Of a DNA stretch of 64,000 nt, positions 7,731 through 17,416 are shown in pieces. Source of the DNA: Candidatus Nanopelagicaceae bacterium (lineage in GTDB: Bacteria; Actinomycetota; Actinomycetes; Nanopelagicales; Nanopelagicaceae); assembly GCA_051006515.1 (NCBI GenBank), contig JBPCTD010000082.1:502-64501 (forward strand). Direction: 5' to 3'. The position numbers and the translations under genes were made by a program. Numbering within the stretch: the stretch's first letter is position 1; the number at the start of each line of letters is the position of its first letter. Under the pieces are notes generated by a model, which worked only from the letters and a program-made list of their open reading frames with translations, was not told where the DNA came from and did no database searches.

Positions 7731-10601
7731 ATGTCTGACACGGTCATCAATCGACCATCTAAAGCAGATGCGAAATCTGTATTTAGCCACAACACTAAAA
7801 AGGGTAAAGGACTCACAATTGAACGCCTTTACACCAATGAAGGAGTACATCCCTACGACGAAGTTTCATGGGAACGTCGTGATGTTGTACAACAGAATTG
7901 GAAAACCGGCGAGACCGTCTTCGAACAACGCGGTGTTGAATTTCCAGATTTCTGGTCGATCAATGCATCGACTATCGTCACCACCAAATACTTCCGCGGG
8001 GCAGTAGGTCGTGAAGATCGCGAGTGGTCACTTCGTCAAGTAATCGATCGCGTGGTGCTTACTTACACCAAAGCAGGTAAAGAGTTTGGTTACTTTGCAA
8101 CTCCAAAGGATGCTGAAGTATTCGAACACGAACTTACCTACATGTTGTTACATCAGGTATTTAGCTTTAATTCACCAGTTTGGTTCAACGTTGGTACCAA
8201 CCAACCACAGCAGGTAAGTGCATGCTTTATCTTGTCTGTAGATGACACTATGGATTCAATCCTTAACTGGTATCGCGAAGAGGGCATGATTTTCAAAGGT
8301 GGATCTGGTGCTGGTCTAAACCTTTCAAGAATCCGCTCATCAAAAGAGCTTTTAAAATCAGGCGGAACCGCATCTGGCCCAGTCTCATTTATGCGTGGTG
8401 CTGATGCTTCAGCCGGAACCATCAAATCTGGTGGCGCAACTCGTCGTGCCGCAAAGATGGTTGTTTTAGATGTAGATCATCCAGATATCGAAGAGTTTAT
8501 CGAGACCAAAGTTCGCGAAGAGGACAAGATTCGCGCACTTCGCGATGCTGGCTTCGACATGGATTTAGGTGGCAAAGACATCATCTCTGTTCAATACCAG
8601 AATGCAAATAACTCAGTTCGTGTATCTGATGATTTCATGGCTGCAGTTGAAAAAGGCGAGCAGTTCCCATTAACTGCTCGTGCAACTGGTGAAGTTGTTG
8701 AGATGGTTGACGCACGCAAACTATTCCGCAAGATGGCAGAAGCGGCATGGTCATGTGCTGATCCTGGAATTCAATATGACACCACAATTAACGATTGGCA
8801 CACCAATCCAGAGACCGGTCGCATCAATGCATCAAACCCATGCTCTGAATACATGTCACTCGATAACTCTTCTTGCAACTTGGCTTCACTTAACTTGATG
8901 AAGTTCCTAAAGCAAGATGGTTCTTTTGATAGCCGTACATTCTCACGCGCGGCAGAGCTAATCATTACTGCAATGGATATCTCAATCTGCTTTGCTGATT
9001 TCCCAACTGAAGCAATCGGAGATACCACTAAGCGTTATCGCCAGCTCGGAATTGGATATGCAAACCTTGGCGCACTTCTTATGGCATCTGGCCTTGCATA
9101 TGATTCAGATGGCGGTCGTGCACTAGCTGGTGCGATTACTTCTTTGATGTCAGGTATTACTTACAAGCGCTCAGCAGAACTTGCGGGCATTGTTGGCGCA
9201 TACGATGGCTTCGCACGTAATGCACAGCCACATGCACGCGTAATGCGTAAGCATGCATCAGCTTCATCTGCGGCTAAATCATTTAGCACCATGGATGCCG
9301 ATGTTTGGGCTGTAGCTAATAAGGCTTGGGATGATTGCCTTGCAATTGGCGATAAGAATGGTTGGCGTAACGCACAGATCTCTGTGCTTGCTCCTACCGG
9401 AACCATCGGTTTGATGATGGATTGCGATACCACCGGTATCGAACCTGATTTCTCATTGGTTAAGTTCAAGAAGCTAGTAGGTGGTGGTTCGCTACAGATC
9501 GTTAACCAGACAGTCCCACAAGCGCTACGTAAACTTGGCTATAACGAGGAAACAATCGAAGCGATCGTCGAATACATCGCAAGCAATGGACATGTTATTG
9601 ATGCTCCTGGTTTAAAGACTGAGCACTATGACATTTTCGATTGCGCACTTGGTAAGCGATCAATCGCTCCAATGGGCCACGTTCGAATGATGGCAGCTTG
9701 CCAGCCATTCCTATCTGGCGCGATCTCAAAGACTGTTAACTTGCCAGAAGATGCAACCGTCGAAGAGGTAGAAGATGTCTACTTCCAAGGTTGGAAGCTT
9801 GGCCTAAAGGCGATTGCGATTTATCGCGATAATTGCAAAGTTGGCCAGCCGCTATCTGATGCAAAGGCTGAAAAGAAGGAAGCAGCTGCAGTTGCAGATG
9901 CTCCAGCAACACCAGTTCGTAAGCGACTACCAAAGTCACGCCCATCTCGCACCACTTCATTTAATGTTGGCGGAGCAGAGGGTTACATGACTGCAGGTGC
10001 TTATAACGATGGCACTCTTGGTGAAGTATTCCTAAAGCTTGGTAAGCAAGGTTCAACTCTTGCCGGTGTAATGGATGCATTCTCAATCGCAGTATCAATT
10101 GGTCTTCAATACGGAGTTCCACTACAGACATTCGTAGAGAAGTTCATGAACTTGCGCTTTGAGCCAGCAGGTATGACCGATGATGCAGATGTACGTATGG
10201 CACAGTCGATGCTTGATTACATCTTCCGTCGTCTAGCTCTTGATTACTTACCATTCGAAGAGCGTGCCGCAATTGGTCTATACACCGCCTCCGAACGCGC
10301 TCGCGCCCTAGAGACCGGCGAATACACACCTGATGTGGAAACCATCAAGCAATCAACTGAATCTCTAGCGCAAGGCGTAGAAGTATCTGCAGCACCTGTA
10401 GCTACTCCAGCGCCAAAGCCAGTTGAAATCAAGATTGAAAGCGCAGCTCCAACAGCTGTTGGATCATCAACTGAGCTACTTGAGAAAATTTCAGGTATCA
10501 AATCTGATGCGCCACTTTGTATGACATGCGGAGTCAAGATGCGTGCATCTGGCGCTTGCTATGTCTGCGAAGGATGCGGTTCAACCTCTGGTTGCTCTTG
10601 A
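7731..10601 (+). CDS. nrdJ: class II (adenosylcobalamin-dependent) ribonucleoside-diphosphate/triphosphate reductase
   Basis: 956 aa. Has the NPCSEY active-site region and a C-terminal CxxC...CxxCxxC zinc-binding tail typical of actinobacterial NrdJ. It lies immediately downstream of nrdR. Confidence 0.92.
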   Translation: MSDTVINRPSKADAKSVFSHNTKKGKGLTIERLYTNEGVHPYDEVSWERRDVVQQNWKTGETVFEQRGVEFPDFWSINASTIVTTKYFRGAVGREDREWSLRQVIDRVVLTYTKAGKEFGYFATPKDAEVFEHELTYMLLHQVFSFNSPVWFNVGTNQPQQVSACFILSVDDTMDSILNWYREEGMIFKGGSGAGLNLSRIRSSKELLKSGGTASGPVSFMRGADASAGTIKSGGATRRAAKMVVLDVDHPDIEEFIETKVREEDKIRALRDAGFDMDLGGKDIISVQYQNANNSVRVSDDFMAAVEKGEQFPLTARATGEVVEMVDARKLFRKMAEAAWSCADPGIQYDTTINDWHTNPETGRINASNPCSEYMSLDNSSCNLASLNLMKFLKQDGSFDSRTFSRAAELIITAMDISICFADFPTEAIGDTTKRYRQLGIGYANLGALLMASGLAYDSDGGRALAGAITSLMSGITYKRSAELAGIVGAYDGFARNAQPHARVMRKHASASSAAKSFSTMDADVWAVANKAWDDCLAIGDKNGWRNAQISVLAPTGTIGLMMDCDTTGIEPDFSLVKFKKLVGGGSLQIVNQTVPQALRKLGYNEETIEAIVEYIASNGHVIDAPGLKTEHYDIFDCALGKRSIAPMGHVRMMAACQPFLSGAISKTVNLPEDATVEEVEDVYFQGWKLGLKAIAIYRDNCKVGQPLSDAKAEKKEAAAVADAPATPVRKRLPKSRPSRTTSFNVGGAEGYMTAGAYNDGTLGEVFLKLGKQGSTLAGVMDAFSIAVSIGLQYGVPLQTFVEKFMNLRFEPAGMTDDADVRMAQSMLDYIFRRLALDYLPFEERAAIGLYTASERARALETGEYTPDVETIKQSTESLAQGVEVSAAPVATPAPKPVEIKIESAAPTAVGSSTELLEKISGIKSDAPLCMTCGVKMRASGACYVCEGCGSTSGCS

Positions 10602-10617
10602 TTAGCTAGCTTCTAAT

Positions 10618-10672
10618 AAAAAACCCTGTCCTTTTTGGTTCGATTCTGAACTGAAATCGACAGGGTTTTTTT
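10618..10672 (+). terminator. rho-independent terminator after nrdJ
   Basis: aaaaccctgtc ... gacagggttttttt: a GC-containing stem followed by a T-run, with an unusually long loop. Confidence 0.65.
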
Positions 10673-10688
10673 GTCTAGAATTACCAAC

Positions 10689-11702
10689 ATGAAGAAAGTA
10701 GCCGCAGCGCTAGCTCTGGCACTTATAGTTGGTTGCGCAAATCAATCAGCGCCAGAAAAAAAGCCAAGCCCAAAGCCAACATCACAAAACATCACCATCG
10801 CATTTGGCGGGGATACACATGGCGTTTCTCAGATTTCACGCTTTCTAAATAGCGGCGGAAATCCATTTGCTGGCGTCTCTGATCTTTTATCTAAAGCTGA
10901 CATTTCAGTGCTCAATTTAGAAACTGCAGTTACAACCCAGGAGATCAAACAAGAGAAGAAGTACATCTTCAATAGCAATCCATACCTACTTGATTGGATT
11001 AAAACTTCTGGAGTTGATGTAGTAAACCTTGGAAATAATCACGCCGGAGATTATCTGCGTGCTGGTTTAACCGAGACTATTAAAAATGTTGAAGATCGGG
11101 GAATGAAGGTAATCGGCGCAGGCAATAGTGGACGTGATGCTTGGACTTCAAAAGTCATAAATGTACGCGGCACAGATGTGGCTTTTCTTGGAATAGCCAA
11201 GATAAATAGCGGCGTAGAAACTTTAGCGAGCGGCGAATTGGCGGGAACAACTAATGGGTGGGATCCACAAGTGGTGGAACTTGCGATTAAAGCAGCGGCC
11301 CGCCAAGCAAAGATAGTAATTGTTTACACCCATTGGGGAGTCGAAGAGAAGTACTGTCCGCAATCAAAAGATGTGGCAGATGCGAAACAATGGTTGGAAT
11401 GGGGCGCTACTGCCGTCATCGGAAGCCATCCGCATCGCCAACAGCCAGCAATCAGATATGGCGCAAAACTCGTTGATTTTTCGCTTGGAAACTTTGTCTT
11501 TTACGCAACTAGCGGTGGTGGCTTGGAATCAGGCATCGGTTATTTAACAGTTACTCCTACTGGCGAAGTGGTTGACTACAAATTCCATCCCGCGCTTATT
11601 AATCCAAATACTGGCTCTCCGATACTTTTGAGCGGGCAGCAAAAGCGTGAAGCAATCGCTAAGAAACAGCGGACTTGTAATAATTTAATTTCTTCAGATT
11701 AG
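10689..11702 (+). CDS. CapA/PgsA-family metallophosphatase-like lipoprotein
   Basis: Lipobox LIVGC, plus the FGGDTH, NLE, GNNH and SHPH motifs of the PGA_cap family. The ATG at 10689 is preferred because the TTG at 10671 lies inside the terminator T-run. Confidence 0.75.
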   Translation: MKKVAAALALALIVGCANQSAPEKKPSPKPTSQNITIAFGGDTHGVSQISRFLNSGGNPFAGVSDLLSKADISVLNLETAVTTQEIKQEKKYIFNSNPYLLDWIKTSGVDVVNLGNNHAGDYLRAGLTETIKNVEDRGMKVIGAGNSGRDAWTSKVINVRGTDVAFLGIAKINSGVETLASGELAGTTNGWDPQVVELAIKAAARQAKIVIVYTHWGVEEKYCPQSKDVADAKQWLEWGATAVIGSHPHRQQPAIRYGAKLVDFSLGNFVFYATSGGGLESGIGYLTVTPTGEVVDYKFHPALINPNTGSPILLSGQQKREAIAKKQRTCNNLISSD

Positions 11703-12476
11703 CTAAGCGACCAATATTGAGCGCTTTGAAAGACCCATAAAGTAGCCTTCAATTAAAGTTTCCGGTGAGTTTTCAGGATTATCGGCAGCGCCTAAAGTTA
11801 CAAATAGTGGAGTGAAATGTTCTACTGTGGGATGCGCGTAAGGCATTCCCGGTGCTAGCTCCTTAAATTTATTTAATGATTCAACATCACCATTTGCCAA
11901 TGCTTCTGCTACCCATGTATCAAATTCACTTGACCAGCCAGGAGCGGTGGCATCGATTCGCCAATCTCTTAAGAATGGTAAGCCGTGAGTTAGAAATCCC
12001 GATCCAATAATTAAAACACCTTGCTCGCGTAATGTGCGTAAACGTTTTCCGAGTTGCATTAACTTTTCTGGATTAGAAGTAGGCATAGACATTTGCAAGA
12101 CTGGAATGTCAGCATCTGGATACATAACTTTTAGCGGAACCCAAGCCCCATGATCTAAACCACGATTTGCTTGATATACAGGTTCGGTATCAGGCATCAA
12201 AGAAGCAACTTCCTTTGCCAAGAAAGTGGCATCTGGAGTTTCATATTTCATTTGATAATACTTTTGATCAAAACCACTAAAGTCATAAACCAGAGGAGTG
12301 CCTGCAACTGCTGAAGAGAGCGTCACTGGTTCTGATTCCCAATGAGCCGAAACAATCAAAATAGCTTTTGGCTTTGGTAGCTTCTTTGCCACCTCTTTAA
12401 GTTCGGAAGTCCAAAGGGGATCATCAAGCAGCATCGGAGCGCCATGACCAATATAAAGGGCAGGCATCTTGTTCAT
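11703..12476 (-). CDS. class III extradiol dioxygenase, 4,5-DOPA dioxygenase (YgiD)-like
   Basis: LigB-family motifs: YIGHGAPM, SAHWES, LDHGAWVPL, GSGxxTHG. Confidence 0.8.
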   Translation of the reverse strand: MNKMPALYIGHGAPMLLDDPLWTSELKEVAKKLPKPKAILIVSAHWESEPVTLSSAVAGTPLVYDFSGFDQKYYQMKYETPDATFLAKEVASLMPDTEPVYQANRGLDHGAWVPLKVMYPDADIPVLQMSMPTSNPEKLMQLGKRLRTLREQGVLIIGSGFLTHGLPFLRDWRIDATAPGWSSEFDTWVAEALANGDVESLNKFKELAPGMPYAHPTVEHFTPLFVTLGAADNPENSPETLIEGYFMGLSKRSILVA

Positions 12477-12495
12477 ATGCAGACTCTACAACATA

Positions 12496-12511
12496 GTTGA
12501 AAATTCAACTA
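12496..12511. promoter_or_regulatory. perfect 16-bp palindrome AGTTGAA-AA-TTCAACT (candidate operator)
   Basis: Read directly. It sits 20 bp upstream of the dioxygenase ATG, in the divergent region shared with the aldehyde dehydrogenase gene. Confidence 0.3.
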
Positions 12512-12622
12512 CTTGGAATAACCTTAATATAGGCGCTGAAATTAGTTCGTATCGCGCAACTCTGGTCGCAAATTCTTAGCTAGTTAATAGATACTTAAGT
12601 AATTGAACCAGGAGCCAAATAG

Positions 12623-14107
12623 ATGCAGATTACAAACGAATGGACCGAACTTGCTAAGAGCATCAGCTTTAGAAAGCAGATGTTCATAAATGGCGACTAT
12701 GTAAACGCCTTAAGCGGCAAGACTTTCGATGCAATTTCTCCGATCGATCAGAGTATTTTGACTTCAATCTCAGCAGCCCAAAGTGAAGATGTTGACTTAG
12801 CGGTGAAATCAGCCAAAAAGGCATTTGATTCTGGTATCTGGCGTGACATGAATCCACGTGACAAGAAAGAAATTATGTTGCGCTGGGCTGATTTAGTGCG
12901 AGCGAACTATAAGGAGTTAGCCTTACTTGAAACATTAGAAGTTGGTAAGCCAATCGGGGATACCTCAAGTTATGACGCGCTAGCAGTTGCTAGAAATATT
13001 CAATGGTATGCCGAAACAATTGATAAAACTTATGATGAAATCGCACCTGCGCCCAAGAGCGCATTGGCGATGATCACCAGAGAACCACTTGGAGTAATCG
13101 GCGCAATTGTTCCGTGGAACTATCCAAATGTGATTGCCTCTTGGAAATTTGCACCAGCAATTGCAATGGGAAATTCAATCGTTCTTAAGCCTTCAGAAGA
13201 ATCAACGCTTGCCACATTAAGAATTGCAGAATTAGCAGTTGAAGCTGGACTTCCGCATGGTGTTTTCAACGTAGTAACTGGACTTGGCCACGAAGCTGGT
13301 AAAGCTTTGGCGCAACATCCAGATGTGGCAAAAATTGCATTTACAGGAAGTACTGCAGTCGGACGGATGATGCTGCAATACGCTGCTGATTCAAATATGA
13401 AACAAGTATCTCTAGAGCTTGGCGGTAAGAGCGCACAGGTAGTACTTAACGATGTAGTGGATCTTGATGCAGCAGCATCAACTATTGCCTGGGGGATTTT
13501 CTATAACTCAGGGCAGACTTGCAATGCGGGATCACGTGTAATCGTCCAAGCCGAAATCAAAGATGCCTTATTTGCTAAGTTAAATGATTTTGTAAAGACA
13601 TTTAGGTGTGGCCATCCATTGGATCCACAGACACAGATGGGACCAGTGGTTTCATTGAAACAACGCGATCGAGTTAATTCTTATCTTGATCAAGTTGGAA
13701 CGGCTGGAGAGCGCTTTATATTTGGCGGCAAGAAACCTTCTGGTAATGATTGCAACTTTGAGCCTACTTTGATTGATGGAGTAGCGCACGATTCGAAATT
13801 GGCGCAAGAAGAGATCTTTGGTCCAGTAATTGTTGCTGAAATTGCTAAAGATGAAGCGCATGCACTGGAACTTGCCAACGGCACCAATTATGGTTTGGCG
13901 GCTTCTGTTTGGAGCGGCAATATTTCAAAAGCACATAATTTTGCTCGCAAATTACGTGCCGGAACAGTCTGGATAAATACATTTGATATGAGCGATGTAA
14001 TCACGCCATTTGGAGGATTTAAGAACTCCGGTAGCGGAAGAGATAAATCGTTACACGCTCTTGACGCTTATAGCGCGCTTAAAACCACTTGGGTGGATCT
14101 TAATTAA
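12623..14107 (+). CDS. NAD(P)-dependent aldehyde dehydrogenase
   Basis: ALDH family motifs: VPWNYP, FTGSTAVG, ELGGKS, catalytic-Cys region GQTCNAGSR, EEIFGPV. Confidence 0.88.
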   Translation: MQITNEWTELAKSISFRKQMFINGDYVNALSGKTFDAISPIDQSILTSISAAQSEDVDLAVKSAKKAFDSGIWRDMNPRDKKEIMLRWADLVRANYKELALLETLEVGKPIGDTSSYDALAVARNIQWYAETIDKTYDEIAPAPKSALAMITREPLGVIGAIVPWNYPNVIASWKFAPAIAMGNSIVLKPSEESTLATLRIAELAVEAGLPHGVFNVVTGLGHEAGKALAQHPDVAKIAFTGSTAVGRMMLQYAADSNMKQVSLELGGKSAQVVLNDVVDLDAAASTIAWGIFYNSGQTCNAGSRVIVQAEIKDALFAKLNDFVKTFRCGHPLDPQTQMGPVVSLKQRDRVNSYLDQVGTAGERFIFGGKKPSGNDCNFEPTLIDGVAHDSKLAQEEIFGPVIVAEIAKDEAHALELANGTNYGLAASVWSGNISKAHNFARKLRAGTVWINTFDMSDVITPFGGFKNSGSGRDKSLHALDAYSALKTTWVDLN

Positions 14108-14122
14108 TAATAGTATCCGCAT

Positions 14123-16132
14123 GTGGGTCTTAAAGAGGTCAAGAAGTATCTAGATATCGCAATTAGCGCGATTGATGGCACCCCTCGACAAGGCCAAATA
14201 GAGATGGCCGAAGCGGTCGCTAACTCAATTATTGATGAACACCATCTATTGGTGCAGGCCGGAACAGGCACTGGAAAATCTCTTGCTTACTTAGTGCCAG
14301 CGATTGTAAGCGGAAAGAGAACTTTGATTGCAACCGCCACATTAGCGCTTCAAAGGCAGTTGGTAGAAAGAGATTTGCCAAGAATTGTGCCGGTGCTTGA
14401 AAAAGCTTTGGGCCGTGAAATCAAGTACGGGATATATAAAGGCGTTGGCAATTATGTCTGCTTACAGAAATTAAATTCCGAGGAACCAGATCCAGACGGT
14501 GAATTACTTTTAGAACTTTCTAGTTTAGGAAAAGAGGCGCAACGTTTGCGCGCATGGGCGGAAACTCCTGGAGTTTCAGGGGATCGAGATGAAGCGCCCG
14601 ATGTAGATCGCCGTGTTTGGGCAGCAAGTTCAGTAAGCGGCCGCGAATGTGTAGGTGCTGATATCTGCAATTTTGGTGCAAAATGTTTTGCCGCAAATGC
14701 CAAAGCGAAAGCGTTATCAGCGGATATCGTGGTTTCAAATCACACATTGTTAGCTTTAGAAGTAGTCGAATCACATCCGATTTTGCCTGAACGAGATTTA
14801 GTTGTGTTAGATGAAGCTCACGAATTCATGGATCGAACTACCCAAGCCGTTACAGAAGAATTAACGGCACCTAGAGTTGCGCGCGCTGCGGCGATGGCTC
14901 GAAAATACAAGGCGATTAGCAATAAATTAGTGGATTCATTTACCCATGCAGCTGATGATTTTTCAGATGCAATGGATGCATATTCTGAAATTTTCCGAGG
15001 CGATTCTGAATTCAATCGTAAATTGGATGTTTTGCCAGTTGAACTTGAAACAGCAGTAAGACGAGTCAGAGAAACTGCGCAAGCAATCATGCAATTTTTG
15101 CAGGCGGATGATGACATTATCGACACCACTGAACTGGCAGAGCGAGCAAGGGTAAAAGGCGCAGTAAATGAAGTAAGTGTTACGGCACAGAAACTATTAA
15201 AGTTAGGTAAAGGTCAGGTACTTTGGTATGAACCAACATTTAAGACTTTATATCTAGCACCGCTATCAGTATCAAATGTCTTACGTAAGAATATGTTGCG
15301 CCAGACTCCAGTTATTGCAACTAGCGCAACTTTAACTATTGGCGGTGGCTTTGATGCGATGGCTAAGCAGATTGGTTTCTTATCTGGCAATGAAAGTTCA
15401 TCAGAATTGGATGAAGATAAAGCGGATAATGAAATAGATCCAGCAAATGTTCAAATGTTGGATGTCGGTTCACCTTTTGATTTTGCACAGCAAGGCGTGC
15501 TTTATCTGCCTAAACATCTACCTGAGCCAGGAAGAGATGGAGTAGCGCCAGAAGTTTTAGAACATTTAGGTGAGTTAATCGATGCCGCTGGCGGTAGAAC
15601 GTTAGCGCTCTTTAGCTCTTGGCGCGGCGTAGAAGCGGCTGATGCACATTTACGTAAAGTTTTGGCAGAGCTTCCAATTCGAATCATTACTCAAAAACGT
15701 GGGGATGCGGTTGCGCCACTAGTTGAGAAGTTTGCAAGTGATGAAACTAGCGTCTTACTTGGCACCATGACGTTATGGCAAGGCGTAGATGTTCCAGGTT
15801 CAGCTTGCACTTTGGTAGCAATAGATCGAATTCCGTTTCCACGCCCTGATGATCCCGTGATGTCTGCAAGAAGTGCAGAAGTTGATGCCGCCGGCGGTAG
15901 TGGCTTCATGTCAGTTTCTCTACCAAGAGCAGCACTTTTATTAGCTCAAGGAACAGGCAGGCTGATTCGAAGTACCGACGATCGTGGTGTGGTGGCTATT
16001 TTGGATTCCAGAATAGTAAATAAACGCTACGGAAATATTTTGCTTAACTCAATACCACCGCTATGGCGCACCAGCGATCCCTTAACTGTAAAGGAATCGT
16101 TGAAGCGCTTAGCAACTACTTTCGAAATTTAG
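14123..16132 (+). CDS. dinG: ATP-dependent DinG/Rad3-family DNA helicase
   Basis: Walker A AGTGTGKS and DEAH box VLDEAHEF. Four Cys between them (YVC, ECVG, DIC, AKC) are consistent with an Fe-S cluster. GTG start. Confidence 0.85.
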   Translation: MGLKEVKKYLDIAISAIDGTPRQGQIEMAEAVANSIIDEHHLLVQAGTGTGKSLAYLVPAIVSGKRTLIATATLALQRQLVERDLPRIVPVLEKALGREIKYGIYKGVGNYVCLQKLNSEEPDPDGELLLELSSLGKEAQRLRAWAETPGVSGDRDEAPDVDRRVWAASSVSGRECVGADICNFGAKCFAANAKAKALSADIVVSNHTLLALEVVESHPILPERDLVVLDEAHEFMDRTTQAVTEELTAPRVARAAAMARKYKAISNKLVDSFTHAADDFSDAMDAYSEIFRGDSEFNRKLDVLPVELETAVRRVRETAQAIMQFLQADDDIIDTTELAERARVKGAVNEVSVTAQKLLKLGKGQVLWYEPTFKTLYLAPLSVSNVLRKNMLRQTPVIATSATLTIGGGFDAMAKQIGFLSGNESSSELDEDKADNEIDPANVQMLDVGSPFDFAQQGVLYLPKHLPEPGRDGVAPEVLEHLGELIDAAGGRTLALFSSWRGVEAADAHLRKVLAELPIRIITQKRGDAVAPLVEKFASDETSVLLGTMTLWQGVDVPGSACTLVAIDRIPFPRPDDPVMSARSAEVDAAGGSGFMSVSLPRAALLLAQGTGRLIRSTDDRGVVAILDSRIVNKRYGNILLNSIPPLWRTSDPLTVKESLKRLATTFEI

Positions 16133-16594
16133 TTACATTAGAAGTTTTTGAACTATCGGTTTTAATTTGGGCCAGCTTTTGGCAAAACTGGGATGCAGGT
16201 CAAGACGCTCTAAATCTGTTATTTCAAACCAGCCAATGTCATGAGTCTCTTTATTCCAAAGCGCGGTATCAAGTGCATCTTGGGCGATTGCGATAACTGT
16301 GTCATAGCGCCAATCAATATGATCATCAGTAAAAAGTTCTACAACGTCGAGGTGTTTTGGATCTATCCCTGTTTCTTCTACCGCTTCGCGGATTGCAGCT
16401 TGTTGAATACTTTCATGAGAATCTCTTGCACCGCCTGGTAAACCCCAAGTATCTCCGTTGTGTACCCACGGTGCGCGATGTTGCATCATCAATTTATTCT
16501 GCCTAATCAATAGCAGGCCAGCAGCGCCATTTAAGCCCCAGTGTTTGCCACCGCAGCGACATTCCACCCAGCCATCACCATCGCGCTCAGCCAT
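16133..16594 (-). CDS. NUDIX hydrolase
   Basis: Nudix box GGARDSHESIQQAAIREAVEETGI. The substrate is not inferable. Confidence 0.8.
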   Translation of the reverse strand: MAERDGDGWVECRCGGKHWGLNGAAGLLLIRQNKLMMQHRAPWVHNGDTWGLPGGARDSHESIQQAAIREAVEETGIDPKHLDVVELFTDDHIDWRYDTVIAIAQDALDTALWNKETHDIGWFEITDLERLDLHPSFAKSWPKLKPIVQKLLM

Positions 16595-16655
16595 AAGGTA
16601 ACGATATCTGTGGATTGCAAATATGTATTAATTGGATTCCTTCTTTACTTAGGCC

Positions 16656-17381
16656 ATGTTAAAACGCTCAATTCTGATAGCTCTAATCAATTTAATTTCA
16701 TTTGAATTTATTGGCGCACAACCAGCAAACGCCGAATGCACTACCAAAACCTGTATCTCTGTATATATTGAAGATGGCAAAATCGTTATTGATGCAAAAA
16801 GAAATGGTGCAACTAGTACACCAAAACCGCGAATCGCACCTACTAAAGCTCCTGTAGTCCGTAAGCCAGTAGCACCTAGATCGACTTATAAGCGAACCTA
16901 TAAGCCAACATATAAGCCAACTTACAGACCGAGAACCAGCAAACCAGCTGCAAGAAGAACTTCTCCGTCGCTCGCCGACAAGATTCTGCAATCGCTACCA
17001 ACGCTGCAAGTTGCATATCAACCAGAGGGAACGGTGCTACCAAAAGTGCCAGTTATCTTCTTTACTGATTTGCCCAAAGATTTTCAGAAAGGTTTCAAAA
17101 TTCTGGGGGAGAGCGTAAAAATTGATGTAAAACCTCGTTCTCTCTGGAATTTCGGTGATGGTTTTGTATTAGTGACTTCAAAGTCAGGTGCACCTTATCC
17201 TTCACGTGATATCACACATTCCTATTCGGTTCCGGGTACTTACCTAGTTTCTGTGTCTACGTTCTGGAGCGGCACATTTACCGTTGCTGGTGTTACCACT
17301 GAGATACCCGGCAAAATCGAACAGAACAGTTATGTTGAGGTAAAAGTTGTAGGTGCAGGTACTAAGTTTGTGGGTAAGTAA
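16656..17381 (+). CDS. secreted protein with a Pro/Lys/Tyr-rich repeat linker and a PKD-like C-terminal domain
   Basis: Signal peptide ending ANA, the repeat TYKRTYKPTYKPTYRPRTSKP, and a PKD-like WNFGDG...HSYSVPGTYLVSV. Confidence 0.55.
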   Translation: MLKRSILIALINLISFEFIGAQPANAECTTKTCISVYIEDGKIVIDAKRNGATSTPKPRIAPTKAPVVRKPVAPRSTYKRTYKPTYKPTYRPRTSKPAARRTSPSLADKILQSLPTLQVAYQPEGTVLPKVPVIFFTDLPKDFQKGFKILGESVKIDVKPRSLWNFGDGFVLVTSKSGAPYPSRDITHSYSVPGTYLVSVSTFWSGTFTVAGVTTEIPGKIEQNSYVEVKVVGAGTKFVGK

Positions 17382-17416
17382 AAACAGAGTTGCTGGCCAT
17401 TGTTAACGATTGGCGC

